A DNA stretch of 64,000 nucleotides from a plasmid, in the sequence record CP132210.1, one strand, 5' to 3'. The stretch's first letter is position 1; every line of letters begins with the position of its first letter. This document shows, one piece after another, positions 18,434 to 28,671 of the stretch. A model generated the notes under the pieces. It was not told the origin of the DNA and did no database searches. It worked only from the letters and a program-made list of their open reading frames with translations. The position numbers were made by a program, and so were the translations under genes.

Positions 18434-19108
18434 ATGGACGAGAACAAGCTCAACATTGAGACGGTCGATGGGCACAACGAGCTGGTAGTCAGCATTCTGT
18501 CCAGAATGGTAGGCCTGAGTGACGAGGAGAAGCAGACAATGTTGTCCTGCCTTCCGGACACCGGCAAACAAACAATCACCCAACTCTATGAGACGCTGCG
18601 TTCTCAAGGGCACCTGGAGCTGGCTGAGAAAATCGAACCATGCGTCCAGCAGGGTGCCTATGGGCCGATCTTCGATAACGCTAACGCGAAGGTGTTCGTT
18701 CGGGACGAAGCGCCTTTTTTCTGTATGGATGAAAATCCGCTGAGCTGGAATGACGCTAAAGCAATCCATCGCTTACGGATGAGCGTGACATGTGTCTCAG
18801 GGGCAGGCGGCTGGATCATCGGTGAGCGCTTTGATGACCGCTTTGATACCGAAGTAGGCGGAACACAGCTTATCGTCACCCAGTCGCTCAATGAAAAAGG
18901 TGAGATCGAAGGCGGCCTTCCCTCCTCGATGTCGCTGAATGGCCTTGCCGCGTTCCCTAAACGGCCAAGGACTCCTCAAATCGTCGATTACCAAGAAGAC
19001 AAGCGATACACGCTTGAGGAAGCGGAGGCTATCCCTGAGCTCGCTCCAGTTGTTCAGCGGCTGAAAGAGCGTGTTGCAGAGTATGAAGAGAGACGCGCCC
19101 ATGATTGA
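18434..19108 (+). CDS. Hypothetical protein (224 aa)
   Basis: ATG with GAGGAAG RBS. Confidence 0.45.
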   Translation: MDENKLNIETVDGHNELVVSILSRMVGLSDEEKQTMLSCLPDTGKQTITQLYETLRSQGHLELAEKIEPCVQQGAYGPIFDNANAKVFVRDEAPFFCMDENPLSWNDAKAIHRLRMSVTCVSGAGGWIIGERFDDRFDTEVGGTQLIVTQSLNEKGEIEGGLPSSMSLNGLAAFPKRPRTPQIVDYQEDKRYTLEEAEAIPELAPVVQRLKERVAEYEERRAHD

Positions 19109-19607
19109 CCTGACGTGCCGCCGCTGTGCTGGTTCCGGTGTTTATGACTTGTCCCCTTCCAAAGAAACCTGCGGTATGTGCCAGGGGCATCGGAGATTTA
19201 CTGATGCCAAGGCAATGCTGGTTGCTGCCATCGAGCTGGCGAAGAAGCAACGCGAACCTGTTATTGAAGTCGTGGTGGGGCTGGTACTCAAAGGGGTTGA
19301 TGTTAGAGGGAAGGAGCCTGGAGAGCTGTTCAAAGCTGCACAGGCCTTTAATGCCCCAGGGCACAACTTATTGCGATACGGGTGGGATGCCTGGGAGCTC
19401 TATGCCCTCCATGAAGGAGTAAGCCCTGATCTTGCCTCACTTGGCCGAAGTGTGATGCGCGAGTGGTATAGCCATTCATGGGGCCGATTCAGTGAGGAAG
19501 TAGGTTTTAGCGCAGCCGAGAGCATGATCAAACAGGCCAAAGACAACCCGGAAAAAGCAGAAGAGCGCTGGGAGTTCCTACTTAGTGAAGAATGGATGGT
19601 GGAGTAA
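19101..19607 (+). CDS. Protein with DnaJ-CR-type zinc-finger repeats (CxxCxGxG x2)
   Basis: CRRCAGSG and CGMCQGHR near the N-terminus. Confidence 0.45.
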   Translation: MIDLTCRRCAGSGVYDLSPSKETCGMCQGHRRFTDAKAMLVAAIELAKKQREPVIEVVVGLVLKGVDVRGKEPGELFKAAQAFNAPGHNLLRYGWDAWELYALHEGVSPDLASLGRSVMREWYSHSWGRFSEEVGFSAAESMIKQAKDNPEKAEERWEFLLSEEWMVE

Positions 19608-19613
19608 TTGTCG

Positions 19614-19936
19614 TGACAGAACAAACCAATAAGAAGTTGATGCTGGATGAATCTCCAGATATGACCCTGCAATTCAAGTGGAGAAAGTTTGGTGGTGCGA
19701 TTTTTACTGCCACGCAAGCAATGGAACACATCAGGGAAGGGCGTAAGATCGGGCCGACTCCAGCAGGGATGCTGCCCCAAGATGTGTGGCTGAATCGGCT
19801 GATCGCTATGGAAGAGACCCTGCCACGAGGGAAATTTTTCGACAGGTTCCGCCGCCGCGACAAGAGTGAGCAGTATGACTTGGCCGCCGATCATCTCCGC
19901 CTTGTCGGACAGAAAAGCGATAGAGGGGGGAGATGA
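19614..19936 (+). CDS. Hypothetical protein (start uncertain)
   Basis: GTG with GGTGGAG RBS. ATGA-coupled to the MTase gene downstream. Confidence 0.3.
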
Positions 19937-21378
19937 AAGCCCAAGCGTTACCGATCGTCTCCCCCTCCGTAGTGACCAAACAACTTGCGTTCAATCGAGT
20001 AGGTGATAAACGCAAGGTTAGAGTTTCGTCCAACTTTTTGGATGTTATGGGGTTCAAGCCTGGGATGGGTATAGCCGTTGAGCCGGGGGAGAGAATGAGC
20101 GGTTTTTCGGTGATCCCGGCGACCGATGAACTACAGACACACCTGGTTTATCAGCGCCGGTATCAACCAAAGAGTCGCTCCAACAACCCGCTGGAAACCG
20201 TTATTGAGTTTTCGGGACAAGGGCTCATAGATAAGTGCTTCCCTCGCTATACAGAGCGTTTCCACGTCGAAATGCGAAAAGGCCGAGTAGTCTTCACTCC
20301 TGTCGCAAACAGGGTCTTTGCCATTGCGGATCGGTTCAGAAAAACCAGTCCTTTCCGTGCCTTTGTGGCATTGACTGGCGGGGTAGACATTCATGTTATG
20401 GAAGCGCTTGGCTGGAAGGCTGAGATTGTTCTGGAGCATCGTCCAGTTGAAGCCAGAGACAGAGCATCCGGGCGGAACCTGAGTGAAGTACATGCGCTCA
20501 ATACGCTGGTGAACAGCTCCCCGCGTATCCTGCTGAATGAAGACATTCATCACCTGGAGCTGGATCGCCTTGGAGACTTGCTGGCGGAGTGCCCACCAAT
20601 TGGTTTGGCCCATTACTCGTTGGGGTGTGATGACCACTCAAACGCCAAAAGTCCAAGGGACAAAGAGCGTTCTCTTGAAGATCTTTCCACCATGCTCGAC
20701 ATGGTTTACCCGGCACTAAAACAGATCGAGGTCATGAACCCTGCCGTCGTGCTGGTGGAAAACGTCCCGAACTTCAAAGCATCCGGGGCTGGGGCGATGA
20801 TGGGAACGACACTGCGGCGGATGGGGTACTTCCTCACTGAGATGGTTTTGAACGGTCTGGATTTCGGCGCTTACCAGGGGCGAGAACGCTATTACATGGT
20901 GGCGTCGGTCTTCCCTGGGTTCGTTCCACCGAAACCTGAGCAGAGAGCTGGTGGAAGATTGTGGCCGGTGATCGAGAAGCACCTCGGGGATTGTGCAGAC
21001 GTCACAGCGTTGAAGTCAATTCAGGCCAGAGAGTCAACTTCTCGCAGGATGCCTGCGTTCTTGACGAGAGAAAGCACCAGTTGCCCGACCATCCTCAAGT
21101 CTCAGGATCGTGGGGTAAAGGATGCAGTGTACATCCAAGACGGTGGCCGCATTTACAAGCCATCGGTCGATCTGGTTCAGGAGCTGATGTCGATCCCTGA
21201 TAGCTTTGATGTTTCGTGGATGGCAAAAGAACAAGCGACAGAAACGCTTGGACAGAGTGTGGATTACAGATTGCATTCAGCGGTCATGGCCGCAGTTCGG
21301 GATCACCTGAATGTGAATTGCGGTCGCCATACCGTGGTGCAGCACGGTATCAGAAGTAAGGGGAGTATATTGCCGTGA
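19933..21378 (+). CDS. DNA (cytosine-5)-methyltransferase-like protein with atypical motif IV
   Basis: Motif I-like FVALTGGVD, motif VI ENVPNF, motif VIII QGRERYYMV and motif X GQSVDYRLHSAV. The catalytic region reads SLGCDD rather than the canonical PCQ. There is a roughly 140-aa N-terminal extension. Confidence 0.7.
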   Translation: MKAQALPIVSPSVVTKQLAFNRVGDKRKVRVSSNFLDVMGFKPGMGIAVEPGERMSGFSVIPATDELQTHLVYQRRYQPKSRSNNPLETVIEFSGQGLIDKCFPRYTERFHVEMRKGRVVFTPVANRVFAIADRFRKTSPFRAFVALTGGVDIHVMEALGWKAEIVLEHRPVEARDRASGRNLSEVHALNTLVNSSPRILLNEDIHHLELDRLGDLLAECPPIGLAHYSLGCDDHSNAKSPRDKERSLEDLSTMLDMVYPALKQIEVMNPAVVLVENVPNFKASGAGAMMGTTLRRMGYFLTEMVLNGLDFGAYQGRERYYMVASVFPGFVPPKPEQRAGGRLWPVIEKHLGDCADVTALKSIQARESTSRRMPAFLTRESTSCPTILKSQDRGVKDAVYIQDGGRIYKPSVDLVQELMSIPDSFDVSWMAKEQATETLGQSVDYRLHSAVMAAVRDHLNVNCGRHTVVQHGIRSKGSILP

Positions 21379-21432
21379 AATTGCGGATGTTCAAACCATG
21401 CTTTACAGCGGCACCTTTTGGGGAGCGGAATT

Positions 21433-22050
21433 ATGCTTTTTGATAAAAATGTAGAATGTCACTCGTTCGTAATGGGAGCCAGTGGTAAGGGTAAGTCTGT
21501 CTTCTCCGAACAAGTACGGAAGAATGCGAGACTACGCGGAGATCTGCTGGTGGATACTGATATGCTCCGGGAAGGGCGGGGGTTGAGACCATACGAGCAT
21601 GAGTACGCTCGCCGCTTAGTTCTGGGGCTAAGTGGACCCTTGCCGCGTGAACTGCGTGGGAAGCTGGTGACGCTTATCTCTGATGTATCCAGGCCTAAGA
21701 AGGTAAAACGTCAGCCAAATCAATTTGTTAAGACTGCGAATGGAGTCGCCCTTGACCGCCAATTGGTGGCTGATGCAAGAGAACAGTTGGAAATGCAAAC
21801 AGGCATCTGGCTCAAACAGCCGGAGCTCATCGCGCTGATGGAAGAATCTGGCATAGATGAAACATTGGCCGAGTTTGGTGAGGCTGAGACGCAGATCAGA
21901 GAAATGTTGGCGGATGCGTTGGCTATGAAACTGGTGGGCCGCTCCTGGCCTATGTGTGGCGCTCTTTGTAATGCAGCAGATAAGTCCAACGTCAGTTTCT
22001 CCGCCGAACTTGATGTTGCTGCCAAAAAAGCTGGATACATGGTTCGTTAA
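21433..22050 (+). CDS. Small P-loop NTPase-like protein
   Basis: Walker A GASGKGKS 15 aa from the N-terminus. GGAGCGG RBS. Confidence 0.45.
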   Translation: MLFDKNVECHSFVMGASGKGKSVFSEQVRKNARLRGDLLVDTDMLREGRGLRPYEHEYARRLVLGLSGPLPRELRGKLVTLISDVSRPKKVKRQPNQFVKTANGVALDRQLVADAREQLEMQTGIWLKQPELIALMEESGIDETLAEFGEAETQIREMLADALAMKLVGRSWPMCGALCNAADKSNVSFSAELDVAAKKAGYMVR

Positions 22051-22093
22051 ATGGGATTTGGTGTGGACAAAATAGATCGGCAAAGTTGGCTTG

Positions 22094-23288
<1,195 letters not shown>

Positions 23289-23512
23289 CTAGGCAAGCTC
23301 GATGGTCGGCATTCGTGGTCGTGTGGAGATGACTGCTTCTATTGGACTGATGGGGCCAACATTGTGACCAGTGATCTTGCTGGTACAATTCCGTTTTGTC
23401 GTGTCACTCTCGCCCCACGACAGAGCTTTAGACCCAGAACTATCAAAGCCTTGACTAGGACGGACGCAAAGCGGGCGATTGTCGAGGCGTTGTGTTGATC
23501 GAGGAGAAACGG

Positions 23513-23818
23513 CAAGTGCAAGAATTCACAACAGACCCCATTGAGGGCGAAGTATGCGAGGCGCTTGCAGCCTACAAATGGGCGTTGATACAGACAAGCT
23601 ACAGAAGCCTTTGGCATCGCCTACTGTGTAGCTTGGGCGACAAGGTGGCTATCAGCCATGCTGCCGCGCTTGAACGAGCAGAAAAACACGCTCAGCAAGT
23701 TGTCAGCAAAACACCTGGGCATCGTGCAGCGTTAGAGAGGATTGTTAGGCAGCAGCCAGAATACGTGGCTCGAAAGGATCGCCTTCTCGACCTACTCAAC
23801 AAAACGTTCCAACCATAG
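23513..23818 (+). CDS. Hypothetical protein (start uncertain)
   Basis: GTG 8 nt after GAGGAG. Confidence 0.3.
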   Translation, partial: QVQEFTTDPIEGEVCEALAAYKWALIQTSYRSLWHRLLCSLGDKVAISHAAALERAEKHAQQVVSKTPGHRAALERIVRQQPEYVARKDRLLDLLNKTFQP

Positions 23819-24097
23819 GAATGACAGATGACCCGTGAAAGAAAAATGCTTGTTGCCTCCATCATTGTTTCCGCAGCGGCCTGAGGGAGGGGAAAAGCGT
23901 GGTAGCGACAAGGCGTATGCGATGGCAGGGGGATAATGCAGTTGATGTGGCAGACCTTCTACCAGACCATAATTTTCACCATAAAGATGGAGAACTGATC
24001 ATTCACCAGAACTGCGGTGAAGTCAGGATACCGAAAGGGGGATGGTTCATCGTCGATGATGCTGGCTATGCCCATAAAGATGATTAAGGAAAACAGC

Positions 24098-24388
24098 ATG
24101 GCCGCTCATATAGAGGTAATCAAGACGCTCACCATCCCAGACTATGACGTTGAAATGTGCATTGTGTCTGTGAGTGGCGAGCTGTTTATCATGTCACCTG
24201 ATTTTGATACACGCATCCCCTATTGCGGGACACTGGATCTTGATGATGGCGTCATCGCGGTGATCATGGCTGAGGCATACGAAAAGGTTCTTGAACTGTC
24301 TATGGCTGAGTTTGAACTCCAGCGCATTTCCATTTTCGGGGCGCTAGAAAACGCACTCGGGTCTGCTGACCAGTGCATCAAGCACTGA
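24098..24388 (+). CDS. Hypothetical protein (96 aa)
   Basis: AAGGAAAA RBS before the ATG at 24098. Confidence 0.4.
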   Translation: MAAHIEVIKTLTIPDYDVEMCIVSVSGELFIMSPDFDTRIPYCGTLDLDDGVIAVIMAEAYEKVLELSMAEFELQRISIFGALENALGSADQCIKH

Positions 24389-24404
24389 GATAGGTAAAAC
24401 GACC

Positions 24405-24620
24405 ATGAAGGTAAGGGATCTGAAAGCTCTGCTTGAAACAATGCCAGGTGAAGCAGATGTGGTTTGGCAAAACGATGATAGCACTGAGGATGTCATTCGC
24501 TGTGAGAGTGGCATGTACTCAATCGTGGATAGCGTTGAAAAGATCACCAACTCCAGACTCACGCAGGTTTTTTGGGGCCCTGTTGTGGTCCTAGGTAAGC
24601 AAAGGAAAAACACCCCATGA
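24405..24620 (+). CDS. Small protein (71 aa) coupled to the downstream AP2 gene
   Basis: ATGA overlap with the 24617 gene. Confidence 0.35.
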   Translation: MKVRDLKALLETMPGEADVVWQNDDSTEDVIRCESGMYSIVDSVEKITNSRLTQVFWGPVVVLGKQRKNTP

Positions 24621-25033
24621 GTAAAGAGCTTTCTCTGGCGGCGGAGAACGGGGCAGAAGTGAGCGAGCTCCCTAATGGACTATCCTTTAATGCCTCAACA
24701 GGCCAGTGGCGGGCGCAGTACAAGGGTCAGAGGATCACTTACAGCACTGCCCGCTATGGGGACATGGCTAAGGATTTGGCGCATAGTGCGCTGAAACGGA
24801 TGCTGGCCGGGAATTTTGACCCAGTAGCTGATGATCTACTTCTCAAGTATTCATGGCGCATGGACGATGCGGCTACGCAGTTGGGCCTATCGCTTGGTCA
24901 GCTTAGACAGTGGATGCTGACGGGGATAGTCAACGGTAAGGAGATTCGCTCCCCCAAACGTGATGTTCAGGGGGTAGACCGGATCAGCGGGCATGAGCTA
25001 ATGATGGCACAAGAGCGTTTGCGGCTTGAGTAA
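24617..25033 (+). CDS. AP2-domain DNA-binding protein
   Basis: QWRAQYKGQRITYSTARYGDMAKDLAHSALKRM fits the AP2/ERF-type beta-sheet DNA-binding domain pattern. Confidence 0.5.
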   Translation: MSKELSLAAENGAEVSELPNGLSFNASTGQWRAQYKGQRITYSTARYGDMAKDLAHSALKRMLAGNFDPVADDLLLKYSWRMDDAATQLGLSLGQLRQWMLTGIVNGKEIRSPKRDVQGVDRISGHELMMAQERLRLE

Positions 25034-25046
25034 GAGGAAAATACAG

Positions 25047-25073
25047 GGGCCGTCATAAGCCCCCCCTTTTTTA
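25047..25073. terminator. Bidirectional terminator between convergent genes
   Basis: GGGGCcgtcataaGCCCC followed by T6. Confidence 0.55.
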
Positions 25074-25472
25074 ATTTTCTAAAAGCGAGCAGTCGAGATC
25101 GGATAGCGCCTTTTCATAGGCGCTTTTTTCATTTGCCTTCCGCAGCTCTGCCATTTCAACAATGAATGGGGTTAGGGCCAATGATTGTGGCTCCCAAACA
25201 CGATTACACATATCGGCCATACGGGCATTCACATCAGTAATGACATAAATATATTCAGGAAGATCTTTTAGGCTTCCCAAAGCCTTAGCCATCTCAACTG
25301 CTTCCGTGGTCTGATAGCTATGGATACTTTTCAGTCCCAGGGTAAGAGGCATTATGTTTTGTGCCAAATAACTTGCTGACGTAGCCATTAATCCAGATGA
25401 AATACCGCTACTGGTATTTTGGGTAATGGCTGAGGTTGTTAATATGGAGGCCAATAATATTGATCCAAACAT
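25071..25472 (-). CDS. Exported hypothetical protein (133 aa)
   Basis: Signal-peptide-like N-terminus MFGSILLASILTTSAI. Last gene of the topB operon. Confidence 0.4.
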   Translation of the reverse strand: MFGSILLASILTTSAITQNTSSGISSGLMATSASYLAQNIMPLTLGLKSIHSYQTTEAVEMAKALGSLKDLPEYIYVITDVNARMADMCNRVWEPQSLALTPFIVEMAELRKANEKSAYEKALSDLDCSLLEN

Positions 25473-25482
25473 GGTTAATACC

Positions 25483-27672
25483 TCATTCTAAGTCTGATTT
25501 TTTGAATGGCATTGTGCCTTTGCAGTCTGGATAAGCGGTACAACCCCAAAACTTAGATGCTCGTTTTTTACCTGGAGCTTTCCCTTTTCTAAGGCGCATC
25601 GGGCTGCCGCAATCCGGGCAGTCTGGGCAATCCTCAGCAGCGATACGCTTCTCAGGTTTGCCCCTGTTGTCTGGGAATGTCTTTTTGCAAGCCTCATTCT
25701 GACAACCCCAGAAGAAGCCGTTCTTCCCTTTGATTCTGTGGATCTCTCCACCACAGTTGAAGCATTCATGCGAGGGCGGTTTTGCGCCTTCAAATGCTTT
25801 AGCCATTGCACCACCTTCTTTGGTCAGAACTGGTGCCGCCACTTTGAGCTGTTCAACCATTTGGCAGATCCATGTCGAAATCTGTTTCATGAAGACAGAC
25901 ATGTTTCCTGAGCCTGTGGCAACCTTCTCAAGCTCCTGCTCCCAAGCCGCAGTCATGCCTGGTGATTTGATGGCTTGTGGAAGAACTGCAATGAGTGCAT
26001 GAGCCTTATCGGTGGCAAGTAACACCTTCTTCTGGCGTTTGAAATACCCTTTATCAACTGCGCCCTGGATGATGCTTGCGCGTGTTGCCGGAGTGCCCAA
26101 ACCGGCTGTGTCTTTGAGGATTTGCTTGAACTTCTCCTCAGTCACGAATCGGGCGATATTCTCCATTGCAGCGAGCAATGTGGCTTCGGTGAAGTGCGGT
26201 GGTGGCCGCGTCATTTTGTTCGCCAGTTCTGCGCCATTAAGCAAAGCTGGTTCGCCTTGGCTAACCCTGGGGAGCTTCTCTTGTTCAACCGGCGCATCGG
26301 TGTCTTCCCACTCATCCTTAGGGCTGCTTTCGCTGTCAGAGGAAAACAGAACCTTCCAGCCTTGTTTGGCCGGGGTCTTACCAGAAGCTGCAAAGAGGTG
26401 ACGCCCACACTGCACTTCGATAGCGGTTTTGGTGAACTCGAACTCGCTGTAGAACTGGGCGATGTAGAAGCGACGGATGGCGTCGTAAAGATTGAGCTCG
26501 ATCTCAGACATGGCATTTATGTCTGTTCTGGCCGGAGTGGGAATGATCGCGTGGTGCGCGGTCACTTTTGAGTCATTGAATACCCTGGCCTTGCGATGAG
26601 GGTCAGCACCAGCCACCAGCCCTGAGACGTTCTGATCGGAAAAAATGAGCGCCTGGAGAATGTCCGGAATGTCTTCCTTTTGGCTCTCTGGCAGATAGCG
26701 GCTATCGGTGCGAGGGTAGGTTGTCGCTTTGTGTGTCTCGTATAGAGCTTGGGCTGCATCCAGTACCTGCTGGGCGGTATACCCCCATCGTTTGCTCGCA
26801 TATTGTTGCAGCGACGTCAGATCGAAGGGGAGGGGCGCTGACTCTTTACCTGGTTTGGTTTCTGCTTTGCTGACAACCGCACTGGCACCCTTGACCTGCG
26901 ACGCTACCTGCTCGGCATAGGCCTTATTGACGCACCGGCCTAGCGCGTCACTGCACTCTTCTGGTGGTATCCATTGGGCGGCAAATTGCCCATTCTGGAC
27001 GGACACGTTCACTCCTAGTGTCCAGTATGGTGAGGGAGTGAAACCGGCGATCTCTCTGTCACGTTGACACACCAGCGCAACGGTTGGCGTGATAACCCGT
27101 CCAACGTGAAGAGTGTGTTGGAAACCTACATTTCGGGCCAGCACAGTGTAAAGGCGGCTCACGTTCATCCCAACGAGCCAGTCAGCGCGTTGTCGAGCCA
27201 AAGCGGCATAGTAGAGTGAGACCGTATCCTTGCCGTCCTTAACGTTGCTCAGCGCTTTCTTGATGCTTGACTCATCGAGTGCTGTCAAGCAAACCCGACG
27301 AATAGGGCCTGCGTAGCGGAAACGATCCAGAAGCGAGCGGGCGATAGCCTCACCTTCGCGGTCATAGTCCGTGGAGATGTAAATGGTGCTCGCCTTTTTG
27401 ACCAGTCCTTCAATGATTTTGTACTGTTTGAACACACTCTTGCGAACGTTGTACCGCCATGACTCTGGTGCAATAGGGAGGGTGTCCAGTGACCATGACT
27501 TGTAGCGTTCGTCATAATCGTCTGGCATATATAATTCCAGGAGGTGGCCGAACGCCCAGGTAATTACTCGGCTTCCTCCATCATGGAGAAACCCATCACC
27601 TCTTTGAGAGGCCTTCATTACGCCAGCCAGATCTTTGGCCTGAGAAGGCTTCTCACAGATATAAAGGTCCAT
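25483..27672 (-). CDS. topB: DNA topoisomerase III
   Basis: TOPRIM N-terminus (MDLYICEKPSQAKD...), type IA topoisomerase core, C-terminal zinc-ribbon repeats (CxxC x4). 729 aa. Confidence 0.85.
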   Translation of the reverse strand: MDLYICEKPSQAKDLAGVMKASQRGDGFLHDGGSRVITWAFGHLLELYMPDDYDERYKSWSLDTLPIAPESWRYNVRKSVFKQYKIIEGLVKKASTIYISTDYDREGEAIARSLLDRFRYAGPIRRVCLTALDESSIKKALSNVKDGKDTVSLYYAALARQRADWLVGMNVSRLYTVLARNVGFQHTLHVGRVITPTVALVCQRDREIAGFTPSPYWTLGVNVSVQNGQFAAQWIPPEECSDALGRCVNKAYAEQVASQVKGASAVVSKAETKPGKESAPLPFDLTSLQQYASKRWGYTAQQVLDAAQALYETHKATTYPRTDSRYLPESQKEDIPDILQALIFSDQNVSGLVAGADPHRKARVFNDSKVTAHHAIIPTPARTDINAMSEIELNLYDAIRRFYIAQFYSEFEFTKTAIEVQCGRHLFAASGKTPAKQGWKVLFSSDSESSPKDEWEDTDAPVEQEKLPRVSQGEPALLNGAELANKMTRPPPHFTEATLLAAMENIARFVTEEKFKQILKDTAGLGTPATRASIIQGAVDKGYFKRQKKVLLATDKAHALIAVLPQAIKSPGMTAAWEQELEKVATGSGNMSVFMKQISTWICQMVEQLKVAAPVLTKEGGAMAKAFEGAKPPSHECFNCGGEIHRIKGKNGFFWGCQNEACKKTFPDNRGKPEKRIAAEDCPDCPDCGSPMRLRKGKAPGKKRASKFWGCTAYPDCKGTMPFKKSDLE

Positions 27673-27905
27673 TAAGCAGCTCCTTTCATCTTTAATTCCA
27701 GATTCGCCAGCTCAGTCCAGCTTTGTGCCATAACTTTTACCTCGGGGTAGTCTCTGGAAAGGTTATTCAGGACTCCAGAAATGACATAGGCCGCTTCGCG
27801 GGAATTACCCCTCGAACCGGCCTCCTGGAGCATGATTGATAAAGCGTCGAAGAGCTCAGCCTTACGGTCTGGCTCTGTGTAGTTTTTTATTTCAGAGCTT
27901 TGCAT
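27672..27905 (-). CDS. Small hypothetical protein (78 aa) in the topB operon
   Basis: Internal ATG start (MQSSEIK...). Overlaps the neighbouring stops. Confidence 0.3.
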   Translation of the reverse strand: MQSSEIKNYTEPDRKAELFDALSIMLQEAGSRGNSREAAYVISGVLNNLSRDYPEVKVMAQSWTELANLELKMKGAA

Positions 27906-28504
27906 GGGTTCACCACTGAATAGGGACGCACTGATTCGCGCACAATGCGGCGGTCTGCGTCGGTTACAGACTGGCTGGTGCAAAAATGCGTCCAGGCATT
28001 CAGATAACCTTGATAGGTATGGGTGGGTGGAATGCAACCGGTCACAACGTCCTTGGGGATGTTTGTGGCCCCCTCGGCTTCTACAAAACGCCAGTCGTGC
28101 TCATCCATACCTTTGCCGCCATTGCAATAGCGTTCCCAGCGTGACAACTCGTACAGCGAATAGCCTTTGCCTTTATTCATGGACTTGAAGGTATTGATGG
28201 CTTCGTTCACATCCTCGTTCTGGTTGATCCACACTGGAGCCTTATCTGAACCAGTGGAGTCATCTTTGACCTTGTTCACCATTGCGCTGACATTACCGTC
28301 GCCCAGCACATGGATATAACCAGGTTGGCGTAATGCAGCGCCACCGCGCCCCATGTTGTCCCATGACATAGACAGTTCACGGCTAACTCGGGCCGGTTTG
28401 TCATTTTCGGCAGAGGCGATCTGGGGCTGAGTTTTTGGCTCGGAAGTGTTAGAGGCACACCCGGCCATAAGTGCCACTCCCAGAACTGCTATCAGTTGTC
28501 TCAT
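27887..28504 (-). CDS. Lipoprotein (first gene of the topB operon)
   Basis: MRQLIAVLGVALMAGC lipobox signal peptide. The longer upstream extension has no signal peptide or RBS. Confidence 0.55.
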   Translation of the reverse strand: MRQLIAVLGVALMAGCASNTSEPKTQPQIASAENDKPARVSRELSMSWDNMGRGGAALRQPGYIHVLGDGNVSAMVNKVKDDSTGSDKAPVWINQNEDVNEAINTFKSMNKGKGYSLYELSRWERYCNGGKGMDEHDWRFVEAEGATNIPKDVVTGCIPPTHTYQGYLNAWTHFCTSQSVTDADRRIVRESVRPYSVVNPCKALK

Positions 28505-28578
28505 CGTGTCGTTCCTCATCAAACATTGGCGATGAGCCCATTCTAAAAGGGGGGGAGTGGAAAGCTGGTTTCTCAAAC

Positions 28579-28594
28579 TGCCCAAATTGGACAG
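28579..28594. promoter_or_regulatory. Activator-box-like inverted repeat copy 3 (TGCCCAAATTGGACAG) in the traI/topB-operon divergent region
   Basis: About 90 bp upstream of the traI start and about 75 bp from the lipoprotein start. Confidence 0.5.
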
Positions 28595-28671
28595 ATAGGC
28601 GTGTGTGAGATTTAAAGGTGTTTTGAGAGCATGTAGCGACGAGAAATACGATAGGAATATGGTCAACCTAC

